Program-made: the position numbers and the translations under genes
From: Setoptus koraiensis
Taxonomy: Eukaryota; Animalia; Arthropoda
Assembly (NCBI GenBank): GCA_048013815.1
Contig: CM106585.1
Coordinates: forward strand, 12,648,001 to 12,712,000
Length of the DNA stretch: 64,000 bases
Reading direction: 5' to 3'
Shown: positions 47,459 to 56,794 of the stretch, piece after piece
Layout of the letters: each line of letters opens with the position of its first letter
Numbering within the stretch: position 1 is the stretch's first letter
The notes under the pieces: model-generated
Told to the model about the DNA's origin: nothing
Seen by the model: the letters and a program-made list of their open reading frames with translations, nothing else
The model's database searches: none

Positions 47459-50284
47459 ATGATCATACCAGACCAGTTAGCGGCGCTGTCGGTGGCGTGC
47501 CTCGCCGTGGCGCTGGCCATCCGCTTAGCGCAAGCCTACAATTTAGACAGCGAATCAGCTTTAATATTGGAGGGCCCACAGGGCTCCTATTTCGGGTTCA
47601 GTGTCGCCCAGCACGCCATTGTGGGCGCGGCGGCGGCCGCCGGCCGGGACCCGCCGTCAACATCGGACCCGCAACTCAATTCCACACTTCATTTCAAATC
47701 ATTCACACTGGTGGGGGCCCCGCGCGCCGAATCCAGCCTAGTTCACAATCATTTTATCACTAGCGACAGCAGCGACTATTCGCTGCTCGTGTCGAGAACA
47801 TCCAGCTACGACAGCTCGGCCTCGCTCATCCAGGACCCGGCTGGCGCCGCCGGTCACCAGGCCCAGCGGCCCGGCGCCGTGTACAAGTGCGAATTTACGC
47901 ACCCTACCCAACAATGCACCCAAATAGACTTTGAGCAGCCCATAAGCGCCGCCGCGGCCGCCCTACACCAAAAACAACAGCAACAGTACGCCGGCCAGGT
48001 GCGTGCCCGCGACCTCACCGGCCCGCCAGCCAGCGCCCCCGCGGGCCAACTGTTTGCCTCAAACATGGACCCCAAAGTCAACAAGGACAACCAGTGGCTG
48101 GGCGTGTCCGTCAAGAGCCAGGGCCCGGGCGGACTGGCGCTCGCCTGTGCCCACCGACAGGTGCTAGAGGGACCCGACTACAGGTGGGCGCAGGGCGTGT
48201 GCTATTCGTTAACGAAGAATCTCACCATGCACAAACAATGGGAACCCTGCCAGAACCGGCCCGTCAACAAGGCCCACGAGGAGTTTGGGTATTGTCAGGC
48301 TGGCACCAGCAGCGACATTAGTGACACCAGCGACATTGTCATCGGGTCGCCCGGCCCGTACACGTGGCGCGGAACCGTATGGACAAACTCCATTCAGTTC
48401 GGACTGCGCGACGACAAAACCTGGTACATGGCGCCCGTCATAGATCAGGAGGCCCAAGTGGACAAGTACAGCTATTTGGGCATGAGCGTCGTGAGCGGGC
48501 GCTTCTTCAACAAACAACAATACTTCGTAAGTGGGGCGCCGCGCGCCAACGGAACCGGTCAGGTGCTGTTCATGACGAAACGCGACAGCCAGTTTCGGCC
48601 GAAAGATTCCACGTTCAAGACGGAGCTCAAGTTGCACGGCGAACAGTTTGCCTCGTCGTTCGGATACACCCTGGCCAAGCTAGATTTCAACGGCGACGGA
48701 CAGCTCGATCTGGTGGTGGGCGCCCCCTTTTACTATACCAAAAAGGAGGGCGGCGGCGCGGTGTACGCGTACGCAAATCAACAGGGCAAAACGATGCAAT
48801 TGTCGGCCAAACTGACCGGAAAGCCCGAGTCGCGCTTCGGGTTTGCGCTAAGCTCGTGCGGCGACCTCAACAAGGACAAATACGAAGATCTGGCCGTGGG
48901 CGCCCCCTACGAGCAGGGCGGCGGCGCCGTCTACATCTATTTCGGCTCCGCCAAGGGCCTCAAGACGCAGCCGGCGCAAATCATCAGTCCGGCCAGCATG
49001 CAAATACCCATTCAGACGTTCGGTTATTCGCTGTCGGGCGGCCTAGACATGGACCGCAACGACTATCCCGATCTGGTTGTTGGCTCCTATTCGGACGACA
49101 AGGTTGTGGTGCTGCGAGGCAGACCCATAGTGCAAATAAAGACCAAAATTGAGGGCGATCTAGGCCGCATCGACCCGGACAAGTCCGTGTGTGACGGCGA
49201 CAAGAGCCCCATGCCATGCTTTAAATTTAACGCCTGCTTCGAGCTGGACAACAGCAACGCTGCCCAGCAGCAATCTGCCAAGCAACTCGCCGGACCAAAC
49301 GCCTCAAACATCAAGCTCATGTACAGAATAGAGGCAGAGACCTTCACGGGACAAAAGTTTTCCCGGGTCAAATTCCCCGAAAGTCTCAGCAGCGAGAGGC
49401 CAAACATTGTCGAGAAGGTGGTCAACTATGTGAATAATCGCAACAAGAAATGTTACACGCAAAAGGTGTACATTGAAAACAAACGAGACATTCAGTCGCC
49501 CATACAATTCAAATTGTCCTACTCGTTAATTCCGACAGAGCGATTGTCGGCCGACTCCAACACACACAGGGCCGACTATATGCCGTCGCCCATATTGAAT
49601 CAAGAGGAGGCCCAGAGGGTGTTTGTGGCGCGCTTCATGAAAGATTGCGGCTCCAATGACATTTGTGAGAGTTATCTCGACATGGATGGCCAATTAACAC
49701 TGCCAAAGGAGACGCTGGGCCTAAACGAGCCCGGCCGTGTCAGCGAAAAACAGGTCAATGTCACACTGAGGCTCAAAAACCAGGGAGAACCGGCCTATGA
49801 TACACAATTGTTTGTTGAACATCCGGACACAGTTAGCTACTTCGGTGTAAAGGTACTCAAACATGCGGCAGTTGTCGAATGTCAGCCCGTCAACAAGACA
49901 ATGATCAAATGTGATATGGGCAACCCCATGCCGGCCAATAGCGTTAGCCGTTTGGTCATGAGCTTCAATACTCACAATAATGCCGGACCATTTGATTTTA
50001 ACATATTTGTAAATACTACCAGTACTAACAATCCTCAAGGTAAAACAACGCTTAAACTAAGCGGAATAGTGCCGAAAAAAGTCGAAAGGCCAATAGCGAC
50101 ACCGGCGCCTCCGCCAGAGATTCGTGATGTGGACGATCCGCCAGCATGGGTTGTGATATCATCTATATTGCTTGGTATAATATTATTAAGTTTGCTAGTC
50201 TATATATTGTACAGATACGGATTTTTCGAACGTGCCAACAAGCATGCCTATCAGCCGACCGAGACCGAAGATAGATTCGGTTGA
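47459..50284 (+). CDS. mew: Integrin alpha subunit, laminin-binding alphaPS1/mew type; intronless, 941 aa
   Basis: Signal peptide then YNLD. FG-GAP repeats. alphaPS1-like KDNQWLGVSV, GYCQAGTS, GSPGPYTWRG, VDKYSYLGMSV, EAETF..KFSRV, RDIQSPIQF. Ca sites DFNGDGQLD, DLNKDKYED, DMDRNDYPD. Genu CGSNDICES, TM and GFFER. Confidence 0.95.
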   Translation: MIIPDQLAALSVACLAVALAIRLAQAYNLDSESALILEGPQGSYFGFSVAQHAIVGAAAAAGRDPPSTSDPQLNSTLHFKSFTLVGAPRAESSLVHNHFITSDSSDYSLLVSRTSSYDSSASLIQDPAGAAGHQAQRPGAVYKCEFTHPTQQCTQIDFEQPISAAAAALHQKQQQQYAGQVRARDLTGPPASAPAGQLFASNMDPKVNKDNQWLGVSVKSQGPGGLALACAHRQVLEGPDYRWAQGVCYSLTKNLTMHKQWEPCQNRPVNKAHEEFGYCQAGTSSDISDTSDIVIGSPGPYTWRGTVWTNSIQFGLRDDKTWYMAPVIDQEAQVDKYSYLGMSVVSGRFFNKQQYFVSGAPRANGTGQVLFMTKRDSQFRPKDSTFKTELKLHGEQFASSFGYTLAKLDFNGDGQLDLVVGAPFYYTKKEGGGAVYAYANQQGKTMQLSAKLTGKPESRFGFALSSCGDLNKDKYEDLAVGAPYEQGGGAVYIYFGSAKGLKTQPAQIISPASMQIPIQTFGYSLSGGLDMDRNDYPDLVVGSYSDDKVVVLRGRPIVQIKTKIEGDLGRIDPDKSVCDGDKSPMPCFKFNACFELDNSNAAQQQSAKQLAGPNASNIKLMYRIEAETFTGQKFSRVKFPESLSSERPNIVEKVVNYVNNRNKKCYTQKVYIENKRDIQSPIQFKLSYSLIPTERLSADSNTHRADYMPSPILNQEEAQRVFVARFMKDCGSNDICESYLDMDGQLTLPKETLGLNEPGRVSEKQVNVTLRLKNQGEPAYDTQLFVEHPDTVSYFGVKVLKHAAVVECQPVNKTMIKCDMGNPMPANSVSRLVMSFNTHNNAGPFDFNIFVNTTSTNNPQGKTTLKLSGIVPKKVERPIATPAPPPEIRDVDDPPAWVVISSILLGIILLSLLVYILYRYGFFERANKHAYQPTETEDRFG

Positions 50285-51994
50285 TCATCCATCTCATCAT
50301 GGTGCGCTTAGTCCTATTCTATGCAATTCTCACATGAATGTAATTGTATAATAATAATGATAATTTTGTCCCTCTCTTTATGCAACAACCTCGCCAAACA
50401 AACTCACAAGCAAAACTAATCAATAATATACTCCATCACCGACGTAACTAAACTCAAGATTCTCTCCGTCACACACTCACTGAAATGTACACATATACAT
50501 CACACAAACAAACGACACTACCAAAAACGTACAAGCTTACTAATGTATATCCGATAGAGGACCAACAATTAGATTATAATTATTATAATTTTATAATTTT
50601 AAAATTCTACTTAAACTACCACTATTATTTACAATGTAATTATCACGCAATTAACAATGTGTGAGTGTAGTTATCATCATATTGTAGGCGGCGTCTGGGA
50701 CTAGTTGTTGTCGTTGTTGGCACGACCGTGCCTGATTGTTGTTTTATTTCTCTGTTTGCAATAGTCAATTTGGTGGATGTTCAGTGGATATTTGACAACG
50801 AGTTTTTTGGATTGTCAAGAGTTGAAACGACCAAGACAGCAGCTTGTTTGGCTGAAGTATCGCTCGGCGATGGGGATTAGAACGTTGTCAGAGCTTGTTG
50901 CCGCTCGCAACAAGGTATGGAGAGATGTTGGTGTTGAAGTTGATAATGGCGTCCGTTAGTAAGAATAACTAGCTAGCTATTGTGGGATAACAGATCTATC
51001 GTTGTACCCTGTGCATGGTATGTGTGTAATAGGCCCGGTTGCGTTGGTCACTGATTATGTGAGAATTGCTGTTATTGCTGTTGCATAATAATAGTAATAA
51101 TAATAGTACAACAATAATCAATAGATATTGATGATGATGATGATAGCAAGTTTCCGCCTACAACTGAATTTGCACCGCCACCAGCACCATTGGCATTCTC
51201 ACCTATTCTCTTTATCCAGCAGTTATCTCGCTTGTTGTTGTTGTTGTTGTTGTTTGTGGTTGTGGCAATAGTCGGTTCTGGTCGCGACCGCCAGGCGTCG
51301 CATGGGTTTCACTTGACTGCTTATGCCGATGATTGACAACTGCTGGGAGCGGCGCGAGCGCCGCCACCAGTGCGCGATCCCAAGCTAGTTTGGCCAATGC
51401 TGCTCTAATGTTTACATGTCTAACGCAGGGCTCGCAGCGTTGTGAGCAGCGTCGATTCGACTCACAGCACACATACGCACGCAGTTGACAGGCTTGCTCT
51501 TGGTATAGTTGTCGTGTGTGTGTGTGTGTGTTTTTGCCCGTCTGTGTGTACTGTTTGTTTACTTTGTTAGTGCAACATAGTGTGCAGTGCAATGGCAGCA
51601 GCAGCAGCAGCACCACCACCACCGAAACACACACACACACACACAGACGCACACACACACACACAAACACACACACATAGAGGGGGGAGCAGACACACAG
51701 GCAGACAGACGGGCGCGAGTAGCGAGGAGAGCAGGAGCAGCACGAATAACTGGTAATACTGGCTACAGTGAATAGTTCGCATTGTACAACTGCGAACAGC
51801 ATAGAGAAACATACAGAGAGACGAGACAGCGACAGAGGGGAGAGAACGATTCTATTGGACAATGGGAATAGCCAGCTCGAAAATTCTCTAATTATTACCA
51901 GCTTGTGTGTGTATAATAATTCTATTATTTGTGCCCAAAAGTTCCACGAGTGTTCTAGAAGGAAAAGAACAAAAATTGTCCTTGTTCGCCACCG

Positions 51995-52002
51995 TATAAA
52001 TA
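51995..52002 (+). promoter_or_regulatory. Possible TATA box upstream of Pellino
   Basis: TATAAATA ~220 nt upstream of the ATG. Motif match only. Confidence 0.25.
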
Positions 52003-52217
52003 TACGCTCATTGGGCCCCACTCGTCCCACTCAAACAGACGCCACGGCTAGCTCAACGACGGGCGCCAACAAACGGCAATCATATCCACTTCGAACAGCC
52101 ATAGATCACACTCATTATTTGTAGTATACCAAGCATCCGCAGCAGTAGCCGCACATCGGGTTGACCACATCAAATCGCAGACACAGGCCGCTGGTCGATC
52201 GGCCACCATCAAAATTC

Positions 52218-54170
52218 ATGTCAGAACAACAGCTCAAGGAACAACAGCCCGTGGTCTATGGTGAGATTGTTATACTTGGCTACAATGGCTCGCTGCCGCA
52301 CTCAGACAAGAGCAAACGAACAAAGAGCAAATTTTCGCTCTGTAAGAGGCCCACGCCAAACGGAATCAGAAAATCCAAGCATTACATTGTTAAGCAACCT
52401 CAAGCAACCAAGGCAATACAAGACAAGGAACTGCATTCAATATCCTACACAATATCCAGGAGCCAGGCCATCATTGTTGAGTACCAGCAGGACCACGAGA
52501 CGGACATGTTTCAAATTGGACGCTCCTCGGAGAGCCCCATTGATTTTGTAGTCATTGACACTGTCAATCATTATCCTCAAAATGTAGGCAGTAGTAGCGC
52601 CAGTCAGTCGGCCACATCAGCGTCAAACGGGCAATCGGGGCAAGCGGGCGCCGCCGCCGCACCAGTAGCGGCAGCATCAGGATTAAACGGCCAACAGCAC
52701 CATCACAAACAGCACATTAATAGTGGCAGCAATCATTGTGGCAGGGAAAACAATCACGATCCGTATAGAAAACATTTTCTTGCATCTCATCACTATCATC
52801 ACAACAACAATAATCACTCAAATCATCATATATCATCATCAAGTCCAGCTCAGAGCACAATCTCAAGATTTGCCTGCAGAATATTAGTTGACAGAAAACC
52901 ACCATATACAGCCAGAATATATGCGGCCGGATTTGATTCGTCCAAGAATATTTTCTTGGGCGAAAAGGCCACCAAATGGGAACAAAACAATGAGATAGAT
53001 GGACTTACCACAAATGGTGTACTTATCATGCATCCCAAACGAGGCTATTTTGCTGAAACTAATCATGCCCACAACAACACCACCGCCACAACACCATCGG
53101 AAACAGTGAATCGATCAAATTTAGATACATCAACTACTACTAATTTAAATAACAACAAAAGTATAATAGAACAAACAGGTGATCATTCATTCAACTTTTC
53201 CAGTCATATTCCTCCAACGAATAACAATAACAAAGACAATAGTAATGTTAACCAGAACCTCGGTTACAATGATAGCCATAATTTAAATAATAATAGCAAC
53301 AACAATAGTGTCCACAACGACTCAACAAAGGCAATCAACATCACCACTGATGCTGCCAATCCATCTCAGGAAAACAATAATATTATTATTAGTGGTGCCA
53401 GACCAAATCAACTTCATGACACCAATAATAATGACAATAAGCACAATCAATTGTTAAATAACTCACCATCTTGTGGTATATGGCGAGAGGTTTCTGTCGA
53501 TGGTGGAGTCTATGCCATTAGAGAGAGTCGCTCGGCCGCTCAAAAAGGTACCAAAGTTGAAGGCGAAACCAATGTATTGCAAGATGGTACTCTCATTGAT
53601 TTATGTGGAGCAACATTGCTTTGGCGATCAATGGAAGGTCTCAGTCAATCACCAACGAAAAAGACATTAGAAAAAATGGTAGACAGGCTAAACGCATCTA
53701 GACCGCAATGCCCTGTTGGATTGAATACATTAGTGATACCTAAAAAGCCGATCTCACATAACGGCCATCATCATCGAGATCATCATCCACCACCTTATCC
53801 AGCGTGTGACCTAGGTAGCGGGCATCAGCCTTATGTCTATATTAAATGTGGCCATGTGCAGGGTTCGCATGATTGGGGAGCCACCAAACAACCAAACCAA
53901 CGAACTTGTCCAATATGCTTCTCAGTAGGACACGTAGCAAAATTAACTATGGGTATAGAGCCAAGTTTTTATGTTGATTGTAATGCGCCAACTCACGTTT
54001 TCAATCCATGCGGACATATGGCTAGCGAGAAAACAGTTGAATATTGGTCCACTGTCAAAATACCTCACGGTACTCACTTTTTTCACTCTATTTGTCCATT
54101 TTGTGCCACGCCAGTAGCCACCAATGAGTCTAAATACACAAGGCTCATATTCCAAGATTATGTTGATTGA
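52218..54170 (+). CDS. Pli: Pellino E3 ubiquitin ligase (FHA + RING-like), intronless, 650 aa from the first ATG
   Basis: YGEIVILGYNG, DMFQIGRSSESPIDFVV, STISRFACRI, ARIYAAGFDSSKNIFLGEKA, DGLTTNGVLIMHP, NVLQDGTLIDLCGATLLWR, RPQCPVGLNTL, CGHV, CPIC, CGHM, CPFC. The track starts at TTG 52161; first ATG is 52218. Confidence 0.96.
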   Translation: MSEQQLKEQQPVVYGEIVILGYNGSLPHSDKSKRTKSKFSLCKRPTPNGIRKSKHYIVKQPQATKAIQDKELHSISYTISRSQAIIVEYQQDHETDMFQIGRSSESPIDFVVIDTVNHYPQNVGSSSASQSATSASNGQSGQAGAAAAPVAAASGLNGQQHHHKQHINSGSNHCGRENNHDPYRKHFLASHHYHHNNNNHSNHHISSSSPAQSTISRFACRILVDRKPPYTARIYAAGFDSSKNIFLGEKATKWEQNNEIDGLTTNGVLIMHPKRGYFAETNHAHNNTTATTPSETVNRSNLDTSTTTNLNNNKSIIEQTGDHSFNFSSHIPPTNNNNKDNSNVNQNLGYNDSHNLNNNSNNNSVHNDSTKAINITTDAANPSQENNNIIISGARPNQLHDTNNNDNKHNQLLNNSPSCGIWREVSVDGGVYAIRESRSAAQKGTKVEGETNVLQDGTLIDLCGATLLWRSMEGLSQSPTKKTLEKMVDRLNASRPQCPVGLNTLVIPKKPISHNGHHHRDHHPPPYPACDLGSGHQPYVYIKCGHVQGSHDWGATKQPNQRTCPICFSVGHVAKLTMGIEPSFYVDCNAPTHVFNPCGHMASEKTVEYWSTVKIPHGTHFFHSICPFCATPVATNESKYTRLIFQDYVD

Positions 54171-55195
54171 TTGGAGGAAGGAAAAGTTGTCGGATAATTG
54201 ATTAAAGATAACTATCATCAGCTGGATCACTGCAATCTGATATTACCATTGGAGAAAAAATTTAAATGCGACGTTGATCGAACAATTGAAGTTTTTCTTT
54301 CCAAACACACTAGTAACAAGTGCCGTTGCGTGGGTCAAACAAACTATCATTATGCCAACCTAGACAGATCTTTGCTCAACTTGATATCTTGCTCATGCCA
54401 CACGTTTATCACGAGTTATGTCATAGAAATACACAATGGCGTATTATTCCGTAGCGGTCCACAAAACTATTGGATGTAAACTTTTGACTGTTCTGTAAAC
54501 AAAAACATGAGAATAAAAGTATGGGAACTATCTCATATTATGAATGTGTATAACTTCTACGACTCGCGTTGGCATATGACGAAGAAAACAAAGTCAAACT
54601 GAATATTATCAGACAGATAGACTCTTAACCCCGGTAATAGTTCATTAACATCGCTTTTGTAATGTAGTATTACTGATATAATGATATAAGCATACAGCTT
54701 GTGTTAATGAACAGAGAGCTTTGCTGCTCCGAGTGATATTATCCTGTTCATTTTTTGTTGTTGTTGACAATAGATTATACATATAGATTATTCATTTTAC
54801 ATTGATGAGTAAAGATAAATAATAGATGTCAGTGATGATAGTCTACTATCATCGCTGCGAAGTTATTTTTCCATTGTTTTGGTCATGGCTGACTTGTTTT
54901 TATGTGGAAAACGTTCATCATATTTCATTTGTTCGGATTTTCAATCGAAATTTGCTCTACAGTGGCTGATAGACGGCATTGTTGCTAAATTTATCTCGTA
55001 TTATCTTTTTCCTAACTAAATAGCCAAAACTGAAATTGTGATGAAAATAGAAAAAAAAAGTGAGCCTTCATTTTAAGTGCCAGTAAGCTTCAAATGTATG
55101 AAAGACCACAACTAGTGACAAATCATAGTTGCGATTAGTCAGAGAATCACTTATTATCAACATATATTCAATTTTAATATTAGGAATAAGCCAAA

Positions 55196-55290
55196 ATGTC
55201 GCTACTGGACAAGGAAATCGCTTTAATCAAGGAAACTTGGGCACCTGTCAGCAAGGACAAAAAGAACGGAGGTGTTCTCTTGTTTAAACT
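55196..55290 (+). CDS. Globin (single-domain, hemoglobin-like), exon 1 of 2
   Basis: MSLLDKEIALIKETWAPVSKDKKNGGVLLFKL covers helices A-B with the A12 Trp. Donor CT|gtaag at the ancestral B12.2 position. Confidence 0.92.
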
Positions 55291-55390
55291 GTAAGAAGCG
55301 CCAAAAATATTGAAATATCGAATATTCATTTGAAAGTAACTCTTTTAACATTCTACGCCTTTATCGTCATCCTTATCGAATCTCCAATAG

Positions 55391-55781
55391 TTTTTTCACT
55401 AAACATCCGGAATACATTCCGTTATTTACAGATTTTCACGATTTGAATCTAGAAGATTTAGCTGATCACAAGAAACTTGTTAGCCATGCACTGAGAGTAG
55501 TGAATGCCATATCAGGAATTGTTGATATATTGGACGATGATTCTAAATCTACGATCATTATTGAAAAGTTGACTCAGCTGGCCAAGAGCCATTCGAAACG
55601 ACAAATAGATGTTGAGAAATTTCGCAATTTGGGCTCCGTTCTCATTGATTTCCTGAAACAAACCAATTCGGACCATCCAGACCAAGATGCAATGGTAAGC
55701 AGTTGGAGCAAATTGTATGGAGTCATATTGAACATTGTCGAGAAGGAAGCCAATAATGAGAGTAGTGTTGTAGATGTATAA
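55391..55781 (+). CDS. Globin, exon 2 (161 aa total)
   Basis: caatag|T TTT TTC ACT AAA CAT CCG gives FFTKHPEYIPLF (C2 Pro, CD1 Phe), distal His in KLVSHALRV, proximal His in LAKSHSKR, G5 Phe, and H-helix SWSKLY. 95+391=486 nt. Confidence 0.93.
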
Positions 55782-56164
55782 AGTTGTAAATTTAAGACTA
55801 AATGTTGTTGTTATGTCATATGCTAGTAATAATAAAGAACTCTAAATATATTAAAATAGCCCAAGTAATTATAACTTAACATTATATACGTACTAACAGA
55901 CAGGCATGAGGGTTTAATCACTGTTAATTTAAGCTTATCATTATTATGCCAATCAATGCAATATTCGATAATTTGTTTGTTTGTTGTTTGCATCTTGTCT
56001 AGCGCTCTATTCATTCATTTAAAATATATTCTTGCTTTTATACATAACCAATGATATTAAAAATATATATGTAAATATTTAAATTAAATAAAAGTTATAT
56101 TTACAATGATTGTCGTCATCAATTTTTACATCTACTTCTACTTTTACATCAATACAGCTAGAGA

Positions 56165-56677
56165 CTAACTGTATTGTACACACTGGTGTACCTCCTCTTC
56201 CTTTTGACAAGGTACACATTCCACAACGCAACAGAATCTAAACTTACAATTGCAAGTCTTTTTGACAATTGTCTTGGTGGTGTGTATTTTGTATCCACAA
56301 TCCGTGCATAGTCGCTCACAAGAATTTCTTTCACTTTTGCTCACTTCATTACCGTTAAGATCTTTCTTTTCCATGCTACAAAATCTGCCTAATGTGCCAT
56401 TCATGCCCAATTGCTTATTCTCGTAACAGTAGTCTGGCGATGCCTCTAAGAAGGCCAGTTTGTTTTTATCTAGGAGGCTCAATTGTTGCGACAATGCTTT
56501 TGGATGTAGCGTTGCTTGCATTGACACTGGGCCCACTTTGGCGGCCAGCCTATATTGTTTTCTTAGATAGTCAACAATTTTCGATAGATTTGCCGGCTGT
56601 TTCCAGCAGGTTTTAGTGGTGCAACTGCCCGACACACCGTGACATTTGCAGTGCTCCTTCATGGTATGACTGAAAGC
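56165..56677 (-). CDS. Wnt8: Wnt8-type ligand, exon 2 (415 aa total)
   Basis: tttag|GCT gives AFSHTMKEHCKCHGVSGSCTTKTCW, LEASPDYC, GTLGRFC, SERNSCERLCTDCG (Wnt8-specific pattern) and CNCKFRFCCVVECVPC. Confidence 0.93.
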   Translation of the reverse strand, partial: AFSHTMKEHCKCHGVSGSCTTKTCWKQPANLSKIVDYLRKQYRLAAKVGPVSMQATLHPKALSQQLSLLDKNKLAFLEASPDYCYENKQLGMNGTLGRFCSMEKKDLNGNEVSKSERNSCERLCTDCGYKIHTTKTIVKKTCNCKFRFCCVVECVPCQKEEEVHQCVQYS

Positions 56678-56794
56678 CTAAATTATTTATGAGAGAGAGA
56701 GGGAGAGAGAGCGACATAGTTATTAACACGATCTGTTGCTAGATGACTCAATGATAATTGTGAGTATAGTAGCACTAGCAGAGATAATAATTAC

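Noticed and set aside
50690-52030. Minus-strand ORFs, including the 272-aa 51212..52030
   Set aside because: CA/TG and TTG repeat-derived, non-ATG or no coherent splice model, no recognisable domain; a small gene here cannot be fully excluded.
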